DNA of 64,000 nucleotides from Gemmatimonadales bacterium. Its GTDB lineage: Bacteria > Gemmatimonadota > Gemmatimonadetes > Gemmatimonadales > GWC2-71-9. Both the position numbers and the translations under genes were made by a program. The DNA is taken from the NCBI GenBank assembly GCA_036393515.1, contig DASWGV010000163.1, forward strand, positions 17,301 to 81,300, read 5' to 3'. The notes under the pieces were generated by a model that was given only the letters and a program-made list of their open reading frames with translations, did no database searches and was not told the origin of the DNA. Shown piece by piece: positions 45,580-54,758 of the stretch. Numbering within the stretch: position 1 is the stretch's first letter; each line of letters opens with the position of its first letter.

Positions 45580-47484
45580 ATGATGGAGCGGCTACTTGTT
45601 GGTATGCGCGCGAAACCAACCGTGGTCGTTGTGGGGGGGGGCCACGCGGGGACGGAAGCGGCCTCCGCTGCGGCCAGGCTCGGGGTCCAAGTCCTGCTGG
45701 TGACGGCCAACCTGGACACGATTGGGCAAATGTCCTGCAACCCGGCTGTGGGCGGAATCGCGAAAGGCACGGTGGTTCGAGAGATCGATGCCATGGGTGG
45801 CGTCATGGCGCGAGCGACGGATCTTTCAACCATTCAGTTTAGGATGCTGAACCGGTCGAAGGGACCAGCCGTTTGGGCCCCCAGGGCTCAATGCGATCGT
45901 ACGATATATCGTCGTGCTGTGCGCGCCCTCCTAGAGGAACGCCCAGGGATCACGCTGGTTCAGGGAATGGTTCACTCGCTCGTGGTCGAAGATGGGCGCG
46001 TGGCAGGGGTCGTTACTCAGGATGGTAGGCGGCTCTGCGCCGACGCGGTGGTAATCACGGCCGGCACGTTCCTGAGGGGTCGAATTCATCTTGGCACCGA
46101 GGTGTGCGTGGAGGCTGGCCGCGCGGGGGATCCACCGTCGGTCCCTTTGGCGTTGCAGCTCGAGGGATTGGGGCTGCGAGTCGAGCGCTTCAAGACCGGC
46201 ACACCGCCACGCGTGGACGGCCGGACCGTGGATTACCGTGCCCTTGAGCGCCAGGACGGTGAGATGCCGTCTTTCCGTTTCTCACACTTCAATGGGCAGG
46301 AGCGGCCGGAGCAGCGCCCCTGCTGGATCTCTTGGCTGGGCGACGAAGGGCGGGAGATCATTCAGCGGAACTTGGGTCGCTCGGCCCTTTACGGTGGGGC
46401 GATTGCCAGTCGCGGTCCGCGCTACTGTCCATCTGTTGAAGATAAGGTCGTGAAGTTCCCGGATGCGCCTAGGCATCAGGTATTCCTCGAGCCCGAGGGC
46501 TTGGACACGTCGGAACTCTACTTGAACGGATTGTCGACGTCGCTGCCCGTGGATGTCCAGCTCGACATCTTGCGGTCGGTTCCGGGTCTAGAAGGCGCGA
46601 CGATGACCAGACCAGGCTATGCCATCGAGTACGATTACTACCCACCCGACCAACTCACCCCGTGGCTGGAGCTGAAGGCGATTCGTCGGCTCTTCCTCGC
46701 TGGCCAGGTTAACGGGACGACGGGATACGAGGAGGCCGGTGGCCAGGGCCTGGTGGCCGGTCTCAACGCGGCCTTGATCGCTGCCGGCCGGGAGCCACTC
46801 GTGCTTGGTCGTGATGATGCGTACGTCGGTGTCCTGGTGGATGACTTGGTAACCAGGAGTGTCGATGAACCGTATCGACTGTTTACGTCGCGCGCCGAGT
46901 ACCGCTTGCTCCTCCGGCAGGACAATGCGTTACGCCGACTGGGGCCGTTGGCTGAGAAGATTGGTCTGCTCAGCGACCGTGAGCGACGAGTGCTCGAACG
47001 CCGTTTGCGCGCCGAAGAGTCGTTACTCGTCGCTGCGCGGGAGACGTCACTGAGTGCCGAAGCTGCCAATGCATTGCTCAGGTTGGTTGGTGAAAGGGAG
47101 GTGACGGCGGCAACGAGGCTGGCAGAGTTGGTACGCCGCCCACGGGTGGGATTGCGGCAGGTCGTGCTCGCCGCCCAGCTGGATGCGGGAGTAGATGACG
47201 ATGCCTTGATGTCTGCAGAGATCGAATTGAAGTACGAGGGCTACCTCGCGAGAGAGCGTGAAGCCGTACGCCGAATGCAAGAGCTTACTAGTTTCCCGCT
47301 TCCTGGAGATCTCCCGTATTTGGCCTTCGCCAGTCTCAGCACCGAAGCCCGGCACAAGTTGCATCGGGTTCGGCCGGGGTCCCTGGCGCAGGCGAGCCGG
47401 GTCTCCGGCGTTTCTCCCAGCGACCTACAGAACTTGGTGTTTGAGGTTGTCCGCCTCCGGCGCGCCCTGGCCCCAACGCAATAG
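45580..47484 (+). CDS. mnmG: tRNA uridine 5-carboxymethylaminomethyl modification enzyme MnmG (GidA)
   Basis: FAD motif VVVVGGGHAGTEAA, GPRYCPSVEDK and a typical C-terminus. The start is ATG 45580, 45583 or 45604; the ORF track's 45301 start is an upstream extension. Confidence 0.95.
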   Translation: MMERLLVGMRAKPTVVVVGGGHAGTEAASAAARLGVQVLLVTANLDTIGQMSCNPAVGGIAKGTVVREIDAMGGVMARATDLSTIQFRMLNRSKGPAVWAPRAQCDRTIYRRAVRALLEERPGITLVQGMVHSLVVEDGRVAGVVTQDGRRLCADAVVITAGTFLRGRIHLGTEVCVEAGRAGDPPSVPLALQLEGLGLRVERFKTGTPPRVDGRTVDYRALERQDGEMPSFRFSHFNGQERPEQRPCWISWLGDEGREIIQRNLGRSALYGGAIASRGPRYCPSVEDKVVKFPDAPRHQVFLEPEGLDTSELYLNGLSTSLPVDVQLDILRSVPGLEGATMTRPGYAIEYDYYPPDQLTPWLELKAIRRLFLAGQVNGTTGYEEAGGQGLVAGLNAALIAAGREPLVLGRDDAYVGVLVDDLVTRSVDEPYRLFTSRAEYRLLLRQDNALRRLGPLAEKIGLLSDRERRVLERRLRAEESLLVAARETSLSAEAANALLRLVGEREVTAATRLAELVRRPRVGLRQVVLAAQLDAGVDDDALMSAEIELKYEGYLAREREAVRRMQELTSFPLPGDLPYLAFASLSTEARHKLHRVRPGSLAQASRVSGVSPSDLQNLVFEVVRLRRALAPTQ

Positions 47485-47531
47485 GGAGCCCATGAGCTAA
47501 GTTGCTGCGAGCAAATGACGTCCAGCAGTAG

Positions 47532-47547
47532 TGTTTCACGTGAAACA
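47532..47547. promoter_or_regulatory. parS centromere site
   Basis: TGTTTCACGTGAAACA is a perfect match to the 16-bp parS consensus and extends to the 18-bp palindrome GTGTTTCACGTGAAACAC. It lies 131 nt upstream of parA. Confidence 0.85.
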
Positions 47548-47677
47548 CGCAAGCGGCAACACGCTGTCTCTTTGCTCCCCGACCAGCACGTGGTATATTC
47601 GCACCGCCGAGCGAACCGCGGGTTGTTCTTGTTACACGATACTATAAGCGTTTAAATTACAAAGGCTTACGCGATAT

Positions 47678-48490
47678 ATGGGCAGGGTGATCGCCATCGC
47701 GAATCAAAAAGGCGGAGTCGGGAAGACCACCACAGCCGTCAACCTCGCCGCGTCGCTCGCCGTCAGTGAGCGGCGCACGTTGCTCATCGATGGCGACCCA
47801 CAGGCGAACGCCACGTCTGGCGTCGGGATCGATCGCCGTCGCCTCCCTGCCTCCTTGTACGAAGCGTTGATGGAAGATGTACCGCTCGCCAGTGTGGTCC
47901 GTAGCGGGGTTCACGTCGCCTACCTCGACGTCGTGCCCGCCACTCAGGACCTCGTCGGAGCCGAGATCGAACTCGTCAATCGTCCGTCGCGCGAAACGGT
48001 GATGCGGCGCGCCCTTGCAGGACTGCTGGACGCCTACGAGTTCGTGGTGATCGACTGCCCACCGTCGCTCGGTCTCATCACCCTCAACATGCTCACGGCG
48101 TCGGACTCGGTGCTGATACCGATCCAATGCGAATACTACGCCCTCGAAGGGCTCTCGCAGTTGTTGAATACGGTGAAATTGGTCCAACAGAATTTCAACC
48201 CGGACCTTGCGATCGAAGGCGTGCTGCTGACCATGTTCGACAACCGTTTGAACCTGTCCAAACAGGTGGCAATGGAGGCCAACGAGTACTTCGGGGCCAA
48301 GATGTTCCAGGCGGTTATCCCCAGGAGCGTGCGCCTGGCGGAAGCACCAAGCTTTGGCAAGCCAATTCTCATGTATGACGTGCAGTCGGTTGGGGCGAAG
48401 GGATACCTGGCGCTGGCGCAAGAAGTGATTCGCCGCGCACTGGTCGCGCCTCCCGTCGCAACCGTGGCGTCGGTGGGAGATCTCCTATGA
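47678..48490 (+). CDS. parA: chromosome partitioning ATPase ParA (Soj)
   Basis: Deviant Walker [21 protein letters not shown], with a full-length Soj-like sequence. Confidence 0.95.
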   Translation: MGRVIAIANQKGGVGKTTTAVNLAASLAVSERRTLLIDGDPQANATSGVGIDRRRLPASLYEALMEDVPLASVVRSGVHVAYLDVVPATQDLVGAEIELVNRPSRETVMRRALAGLLDAYEFVVIDCPPSLGLITLNMLTASDSVLIPIQCEYYALEGLSQLLNTVKLVQQNFNPDLAIEGVLLTMFDNRLNLSKQVAMEANEYFGAKMFQAVIPRSVRLAEAPSFGKPILMYDVQSVGAKGYLALAQEVIRRALVAPPVATVASVGDLL

Positions 48491-49371
48491 CCGATGTTCG
48501 CAGCCGGCGCCGGCTCGGGAAAGGGCTTGAGGCGCTCTTGGGACCCTCCGCGACGGCCGTCGAGGGTGATGGTGCGCTCCGTCGAATCGCGCTCTCGGAC
48601 GTGCGCCCGAATCCGTATCAGCCCCGTCGAGACTTTCCGGAGGAAGCACTGGCCGAGCTGGCGGAATCCCTGCGGACCTCGGGGCTGCTCCAGCCCGTGG
48701 TGGTACGGGCCGCTCCTGAGGGCAAGTTCGATCTGATTGCCGGCGAGCGCCGGTGTCGGGCGGCGGAGCGGTTGGGGTGGACCCAGATTGATGCTGTGGT
48801 ACGGGACGTCGACGACCGCACGTTGCTCGCTTTGGCCTTGGTAGAGAACCTGCAGCGGGACGATCTCTCCGCAATGGACGAGGCGCGTGGGTACCAACGG
48901 CTCATAGCGGAGTTCCATGCCTCGCAGGGTGAGGTTGCTACGTTGGTGGGCCGAGCCCGGCCGACGGTCGCCAACGCCCTGCGCCTGCTGACGCTGCCGG
49001 AGGAAGTCCAGGAGTTGGTCCAAACCGGGAGACTCACCGGGGGTCACGCCATGGCGCTGCTCCAGCTGTCCAATCCGCACGACATGCGGCGCCTGGCCCG
49101 GCTGGTGGTGGAGCAGGAGCTGTCGGTACGCGAGCTGGAGGAGATGACGCGTCGCGATCGCGTGAATGACCCCCGCCAACGCACCCGGAAGACGCGACGC
49201 CGTTTGGATCCTGACCTCCAACGCGTGGCGGATGCGCTGCGCAAGCGGCTTCAGACCGACGTCTTTCTGGTGAGCCGCGGCAAAGGCGGACGGTTGCTGG
49301 TCAATTACTACTCGCCTGAGGATCTCGAGCGCCTGCTCGAGGTAATTCTGGGAGAGGCCTACCAGGCGTGA
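48487..49371 (+). CDS. parB: chromosome partitioning protein ParB (Spo0J)
   Basis: Arginine patch [27 protein letters not shown] and an HTH region. Has an ATGA overlap with parA. Confidence 0.95.
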   Translation: MTDVRSRRRLGKGLEALLGPSATAVEGDGALRRIALSDVRPNPYQPRRDFPEEALAELAESLRTSGLLQPVVVRAAPEGKFDLIAGERRCRAAERLGWTQIDAVVRDVDDRTLLALALVENLQRDDLSAMDEARGYQRLIAEFHASQGEVATLVGRARPTVANALRLLTLPEEVQELVQTGRLTGGHAMALLQLSNPHDMRRLARLVVEQELSVRELEEMTRRDRVNDPRQRTRKTRRRLDPDLQRVADALRKRLQTDVFLVSRGKGGRLLVNYYSPEDLERLLEVILGEAYQA

Positions 49372-50162
49372 CGGCACCGGCTCGTCGCTTCGTGACTGTC
49401 CTGGTTCATCGGGACGGCGCGCTCACCTCCCCCAGCCTGCGCCTGCCGTTGTGGGCCGCCCGAGCCCTTTCGGTACTCGGCGTCGCGGCGGCGATTGCCA
49501 TCACCGGGGCTGCGATTTCGTACGCGCCGGTGGCCCGCTTGGCGGCGCGGGTGCCTGCCTTGGAGCGAGAGGTTGACCGCCTGCGGATCGAGAATGACCA
49601 GGTCCGTGAACTCGCCGCCCGCCTGGTTGAGTTGGAGGGTCGGTACGAGCAAGTCCGCACCATGCTCGGCGGGAATCTAGTTCCCCGGCGGATCCGCGCC
49701 GATAGCCTTGCGGTTGCCCACCCGGTTCTGGCGCGCGTGCCCGGGGAGAGATCCTACGAACCCGGCCCGTCGGTGCCGCGGCGTTGGCCGCTGGACGATG
49801 CGGGCGTCGTGACCCGGGGACAGGTGGGAAGCGGGTCGGGCCAGGAAGTCCACCCCGGCCTCGATATCGCCGTCCCCAATGGCACGCCTATTCGCGCCGC
49901 CGGTGGGGGGACGGTAGCCGAGACCGGAGATGATGCAGAGTACGGACGGTTTGTGCTGATCCAGCATCCCGAGGGGTACCACACGCTGTACGGGCACGCG
50001 TCCCGGCTCCTGGTATCGGCTGGAGAAGTCGTGGGCGCGGGCCAGGTAATTGGTCTATCGGGGTCCACAGGACGCTCGACAGCGCCGCACCTACATTTCG
50101 AGACCCGGCAGGGCGGTCGGGCCATCGATCCCCGTCCGCTGCTGCGCGCGGAAAGTCGGTGA
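49368..50162 (+). CDS. M23 (LytM) family metallopeptidase with TM helix and coiled coil
   Basis: HPGLDIA (HxxxD), YGHASRL and GSTGRSTAPHLHFE (HxH). The N-terminal region has a TM segment and LEREVDRLRIENDQVRELAARLVELEGRYEQV. The GTG start overlaps the parB stop (GTGA). Confidence 0.85.
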   Translation: MTAPARRFVTVLVHRDGALTSPSLRLPLWAARALSVLGVAAAIAITGAAISYAPVARLAARVPALEREVDRLRIENDQVRELAARLVELEGRYEQVRTMLGGNLVPRRIRADSLAVAHPVLARVPGERSYEPGPSVPRRWPLDDAGVVTRGQVGSGSGQEVHPGLDIAVPNGTPIRAAGGGTVAETGDDAEYGRFVLIQHPEGYHTLYGHASRLLVSAGEVVGAGQVIGLSGSTGRSTAPHLHFETRQGGRAIDPRPLLRAESR

Positions 50163-50209
50163 GGGATCTCGAGGGCGAGACAGCGGCGGACGGACGGGAG
50201 GGAGTGGCC

Positions 50210-50623
50210 ATGAAACACAGTCCTGGCGGCGCCAACGACGGCGGGTTGTCTATCATCGCGCCCGGCATGCGAGTGGAGGGCGAGATAGTCACCAGCGGCG
50301 TGGTGAAGGTGGAAGGTACGGTCGTCGGCGCCATCAACGCGGAGCAGCAGGTCCTGGTAGCCGGTGGAGGTCGAGTGGAAGGCGACGTGAGAACACGCGA
50401 GGCCATCATTGGCGGGGCGGTACACGGAGCCATTTTTGCGGGCGAACGCGTGGAGGTGCAGCCGTCGGCAACGGTTCACGGTGACATCACTACTTTCCGA
50501 CTCCTGATCCACGAAGGTGGAGAAGTGAACGGCCTGGTGCGCATGGGGCAGCCAGCTGACGTCTTGAGTGAAGCCGCGGCGAGGACACTGGCAGCGATGC
50601 ACTCCGATACAGGGCCAGCATAG
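50210..50623 (+). CDS. bactofilin (polymer-forming cytoskeletal protein, CcmA-like)
   Basis: Repetitive beta-helix core (GMRVEGEIVTSGVVKVEGTVVGAINAEQQVLVAGGGRVEGDVRTREAIIGGAVHGAIFAGERVEVQPSATVHGDI). ATG 50210 follows GGGAGGGAG; the alternative GTG 50159 overlaps the M23 stop. Confidence 0.85.
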   Translation: MKHSPGGANDGGLSIIAPGMRVEGEIVTSGVVKVEGTVVGAINAEQQVLVAGGGRVEGDVRTREAIIGGAVHGAIFAGERVEVQPSATVHGDITTFRLLIHEGGEVNGLVRMGQPADVLSEAAARTLAAMHSDTGPA

Positions 50624-50744
50624 CCCACTGCGCTGTTGACAACCACGCCGGTGTGTGGATTTCTCTATCACATGCTGTAACCGCTAACATCACAATCTAT
50701 TACGCGGCAATGCGCTACCTGGCGCCAACTGGAATGGCGGCATA

Positions 50745-51506
50745 ATGGCTCTATACTGTGTTAATGATGTCGTTTCGTATACCGATGGATTCCTCAGAGT
50801 CGGGGATATCGGGGACGACCCCAGGGCCCTAAACGGCCTCCAAGTCGAAAACTCGGGCCGTCTGTCCAGCATTCTTGCGGCCGTGGATGCTTGCCAGGCC
50901 ACCATTGATGCCGCCGTTCGTTTGGGAGCGTCGCTGATGGTGGTGCATCACGGCATCTTCTGGGACGGTCTTAAGCCCTTGGCTGCACGGCACGGCCGAC
51001 GCGTGCGGGCCTTGGTTCTAGGCGATGTTGCCTTGTACGCCGCCCACCTTCCCCTTGATTGTCACGCCGAGGTTGGGAACAACTGGGTCCTTGCACGCGA
51101 GTTGGGCGTGACCGGCCTGTCGTCGCTCGGCGTCGTGAAAGGGTCGGCGGTCGGAGTTCGCGGGCTGCTGGATGTGAGCCGAGAGGAGCTCGTGGCCCGG
51201 CTCGCGGCGGTGCTTGGAGGCCTACCGCGCCTGGTTCCCACGGGCCCAAGCCAGGTTCGGCATGCGGCCATCGTCACGGGGGCGGGCGCATCGGAACTGC
51301 CTCGGGCCCGCGACGCGGGCGTGGATACCTTCATCACAGGTGAAGCCTCGCATCACGCGTTCTTCGACGCCGAGGAATGGGGGATCAATCTGGTACTCGG
51401 CGGTCACTACGCCACCGAGACGGTGGGCGTGAAGGCTTTGGCGTCCCACCTGGCGCGCCGGTTCGAAGTCGCCTGGCGGTTCGTAGATCATCCCACAGGC
51501 TTCTAG
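50745..51506 (+). CDS. Nif3-like dinuclear metal centre protein (YbgI/GTP cyclohydrolase 1 type 2 family)
   Basis: LMVVHHGIFW, ...AHLPLD... and GGHYATETVG. Confidence 0.85.
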   Translation: MALYCVNDVVSYTDGFLRVGDIGDDPRALNGLQVENSGRLSSILAAVDACQATIDAAVRLGASLMVVHHGIFWDGLKPLAARHGRRVRALVLGDVALYAAHLPLDCHAEVGNNWVLARELGVTGLSSLGVVKGSAVGVRGLLDVSREELVARLAAVLGGLPRLVPTGPSQVRHAAIVTGAGASELPRARDAGVDTFITGEASHHAFFDAEEWGINLVLGGHYATETVGVKALASHLARRFEVAWRFVDHPTGF

Positions 51507-51552
51507 CCGCGGCCGATGGTGACCGTTACACGCAGCCGTGGCCGCTCCACCG

Positions 51553-52506
51553 TCATGGTCCATCATCGCCGGCCATTCTTTCCAGGATCGCCAGGGCATT
51601 TCGGCGCAGGCCGGCCGGTCCGGCCCGGCGCATCGCCGTGTGCCCGTACCGCTCGGTCAGGGCCGCGTCGGGAAGTTCGGCGAGGGCTGGAAGATCCAGG
51701 GAAGCCAATTCCGGATCGGGCTCTAACACGGTATCTGAGGGGGGTCGTGCGAAACGTTCATTCCACGGACACACATCCTGGCATACGTCGCAGCCGAACA
51801 CCCAGTCGCCCAGCGTCGAGGCGACCCCGAGTGGGAAGTCGCCTCGATGCTCGATGGTCCAGTACGAGATACAGCGTCGAGCGTCAAGCACCCGCTCCTG
51901 GGGGATCGCGCCCGTGGGACACGCGTCCAGGCAGCGCCGGCAGGACCCGCAGCGGTCACCGGCGAAGGGCAGCTCCGGCGCGAGCTCCAGGCTGGTGAGA
52001 ACAGCTCCAATAAACGAGAACGACCCGCGCTTGGGGTCGATGAGCATGGTATTCTTCCCAATCCATCCCAGACCGGCGCGCTCGGCGAGTTCGCGCTCGG
52101 GCACGGGTCCGGCGTCGATGTACGCTCGCCCGACCGTACCGGGCGGTCCCAACGAAACGAGATAGGACGTCAGCGTCGCCAAGGGTGCCCGCAGCGCTGC
52201 ATGATAGTCACGGCCTCGTGCGTATTTGGCGACTTGCCCACGACCCGGCGCTGGCGGGCGATCCGGTGTGAGGTAGTGTTTGGTGACCACCAGAGCCCGA
52301 CTGGCTCCCGGGGCGATCTCGGCGGGTTTCTTGCGTCGGGCCGCCTGACGGTGCATGTAGGTCATCCCCGCGGCCATCCCCTCATCCAACCAGCGGTCAA
52401 GCGCCGCGGTGTATCGGCTTGGTGCCAAGTCGGCGACGCCGGCCGCGTCGAACCCCAGTGCGAGCGCTCGCGCCTTGGCGAGGAAGGCCGCGCGCTCAGG
52501 CGTCAC
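51553..52506 (-). CDS. queG: tRNA epoxyqueuosine(34) reductase QueG
   Basis: Two 4Fe-4S motifs (CGSCRRCLDACPTGAI, CDVCQDVCPWN) and a HEAT-like C-terminus. Confidence 0.9.
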   Translation of the reverse strand: MTPERAAFLAKARALALGFDAAGVADLAPSRYTAALDRWLDEGMAAGMTYMHRQAARRKKPAEIAPGASRALVVTKHYLTPDRPPAPGRGQVAKYARGRDYHAALRAPLATLTSYLVSLGPPGTVGRAYIDAGPVPERELAERAGLGWIGKNTMLIDPKRGSFSFIGAVLTSLELAPELPFAGDRCGSCRRCLDACPTGAIPQERVLDARRCISYWTIEHRGDFPLGVASTLGDWVFGCDVCQDVCPWNERFARPPSDTVLEPDPELASLDLPALAELPDAALTERYGHTAMRRAGPAGLRRNALAILERMAGDDGP

Positions 52507-52826
52507 AACCGGAGCATGCGTCGTCGCCAGGTCGCGAACCGTACGACATCCTCGATGGGCGGAACGGCATCCGGGTCCCCGTACGCGGTGTACATGCGCC
52601 AGCGGACGTAATCCCGGGGAGGCAGGGGGAAAAACGGCGGGGCTCCATACCAGCCGCGGCGGCGGAAGGCCCAGACCAACGACAGGAGGTCACGCGCCAG
52701 CGGCGGCCGTGCGGCAGCCCGAAGAACAAGTCTCAGGACAAGCCCGACCCAGGAGCCGCGAAACCCGCCTGGCTCCGGAGCGGAGCTGTCCCCATCTCCG
52801 ATAGAAGCGTGTGGTGGAACCCTCAC
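52503..52826 (-). CDS. small hypothetical protein (start uncertain)
   Basis: GTG-initiated 107-aa ORF whose stop overlaps the queG GTG (GTGA). The C-terminal ~60 codons have high third-position GC and the N-terminal part less so. No motif recognised. Confidence 0.35.
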   Translation of the reverse strand: MRVPPHASIGDGDSSAPEPGGFRGSWVGLVLRLVLRAAARPPLARDLLSLVWAFRRRGWYGAPPFFPLPPRDYVRWRMYTAYGDPDAVPPIEDVVRFATWRRRMLRL

Positions 52827-52857
52827 CGTTACTTGGGCTTCTAGTATATTGGCTCCG

Positions 52858-54003
52858 ATGACGGGAGCAATGAGAGCGCCCTCACTCGCGCGCTACCGTG
52901 CCGAGTTCCCGGTCTTCGACCGTCAAATCTACCTCAACACCTGTTCTCTGGGAGCGCTGTCGCGCCGATCACGTGCGCGGGTGCAGGAGTTCCTGGACCA
53001 GTGGGATGCCCGCGGCTCCGCCGCCTGGTACGACGTATGGTGGGCCGCCCTGGACGAGCTGCGCCGGCGGTACGCGGCGGTGATCAAGGCCTCGGCCGGG
53101 GAGATCGCCCTGCACGCAGCGGTGTCCACCGCCACAGGCGTCCTGGCGAGCGCGATGGATTACCGCGCGAGGCCCAAAGTCGTTACCACGGCGCTTGACT
53201 TCCCGACCGTCGCGTACCAGTGGCTGGCCAAGCGTCCCCTCGGTGTCGAGGTGACCGTGCTGGAGAGTCCCGACGGTGTGACTGTGCCCATGGATGCGTT
53301 CGCCCAGGCGATTGACGAGCGGACGGCCTTGGTGGCCACTTCCCACGTCTTCTTTACATCCGGGGGTGTACTCGACGTCAAGACGGTGGCCGAACTCGCC
53401 CATGCCAAGGGGGCCCTGTGCTACGTGGACGCCTACCAGAGCGTCGGCCAGATACCGCTGGACGTTCGCGCCACCGGGGTGGATTTCCTGACTGCCGGGG
53501 GCCTCAAGTGGCTGCTTGGCGGTCCGGGCATCGTCTTCCTCTACGTGCGTGGAGAGCTGGCGGGGCGCTTGCGTCCCACGGTCACGGGCTGGTTCGCGCA
53601 CGAGCAGCAGTTTCGTTTTGATCCACGCGGCCTGGACTTCCACGACGACGCCCGCCGCTTTGAGCAGGGGACGCCGGCGTTGGCAGCCGTGCACGCCCAG
53701 CTCGGCGGGCTAGACGTGTTGGACGAAGTTGGGCTGGACCGGGTGTTCGCGACGGTGCGGCACCTCTCCGAGGACTTGATCGCCCGCGCGTCCGCCGCTG
53801 GGCTCAGGCCCAAGGTCGGCCCGGTGCCGGCGGAGCGCTCCGCGATCGTCATGCTCCCGGCGGCGGATCCGGCAGCGGAGGTGCGACGGCTCGCTGCCGC
53901 CGGGGTGGTCGCGGATGCGCGGCCAGGCCATGTTCGCCTGTCACCATTCTTCTACAACGTCCCCGACGACTATGAGCGAGCAATCGAAGTCCTCAGCCGC
54001 TGA
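52858..54003 (+). CDS. class V aminotransferase-fold PLP-dependent enzyme (kynureninase/desulfurase-like)
   Basis: Fold-type I layout with the PLP lysine context FLTAGGLKWLLGGPG. The start is ATG 52858 or TTG 52849. Confidence 0.75.
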   Translation: MTGAMRAPSLARYRAEFPVFDRQIYLNTCSLGALSRRSRARVQEFLDQWDARGSAAWYDVWWAALDELRRRYAAVIKASAGEIALHAAVSTATGVLASAMDYRARPKVVTTALDFPTVAYQWLAKRPLGVEVTVLESPDGVTVPMDAFAQAIDERTALVATSHVFFTSGGVLDVKTVAELAHAKGALCYVDAYQSVGQIPLDVRATGVDFLTAGGLKWLLGGPGIVFLYVRGELAGRLRPTVTGWFAHEQQFRFDPRGLDFHDDARRFEQGTPALAAVHAQLGGLDVLDEVGLDRVFATVRHLSEDLIARASAAGLRPKVGPVPAERSAIVMLPAADPAAEVRRLAAAGVVADARPGHVRLSPFFYNVPDDYERAIEVLSR

Positions 54004-54736
54004 CGAAGGCTTCCGTCCGATCGGCCAGCGCCGAACCGCTGACGAGGTCCTGCTGGCACCCCGACCGGCGCGGGAACGGCAGGCGTTCACCCGGACCGAT
54101 CCGTGGCGGGCCCTCCGGATTCTGGGCGAATTCGTGGAGGGCTTCGACAGCTTGTCCGACGTCGACACTGCCGTAGCGATCTTTGGATCGGCGCGCCTGA
54201 AGCCGGACGACCCCTGGTACGCCCGGGCGGTGGAGACGGCGCGTCGGTTCGGCGAAGCCAACTTTGCCGTAATCACCGGCGGCGGGCCGGGAATCATGGA
54301 AGCCGCCAACCGGGGGGCGACCGAAGCGAAGACGCTCTCGATCGGTTTGAACATCGAGCTGCCTCACGAACAGCATTCCAATCCGTATCTCAGCCGTGGG
54401 ATCAATTTCCGTTACTTCTTTGTGCGCAAGACGATGTTCATCAAGTACTCGCGGGCCTACATCTTTTTTCCGGGCGGCTTCGGCACGCTGGACGAGATGT
54501 TCGAGGCGCTGACACTGATTCAGACGGAACGAATCAAGAATTTCCCGGTCGTGCTGATGGGGCGGGACTTCTGGCGGGGATTGTTAGAGTGGCTCAAGGA
54601 CACGCTCGCGCGAGAGCGGATGATCAGCCCCAACGATCTGAACCTGTTCCACGTGACCGATGATCCGGAAGAAGCAGTGCACGTGGTGGTTGAGGGCGTG
54701 GGCCGGCACCTCCTGGAAGAGCGGTCGAACGGGTGA
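53972..54736 (+). CDS. LOG-family (TIGR00730) nucleotide phosphoribohydrolase
   Basis: [14 protein letters not shown] and [19 protein letters not shown] motifs. ATG 53972 overlaps the upstream gene by 32 nt. Confidence 0.85.
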   Translation: MSEQSKSSAADEGFRPIGQRRTADEVLLAPRPARERQAFTRTDPWRALRILGEFVEGFDSLSDVDTAVAIFGSARLKPDDPWYARAVETARRFGEANFAVITGGGPGIMEAANRGATEAKTLSIGLNIELPHEQHSNPYLSRGINFRYFFVRKTMFIKYSRAYIFFPGGFGTLDEMFEALTLIQTERIKNFPVVLMGRDFWRGLLEWLKDTLARERMISPNDLNLFHVTDDPEEAVHVVVEGVGRHLLEERSNG

Positions 54737-54758
54737 TGGCCGTCGCAAGGAGGGGGGC

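Noticed and set aside
45633-45641. A G9 homopolymer inside mnmG, considered as a possible phase-variation tract.
   Set aside because: It simply encodes the V-G-G-G of the FAD-binding GGGHAG motif in a GC-rich genome, in an essential housekeeping gene. Nothing indicates variable length.
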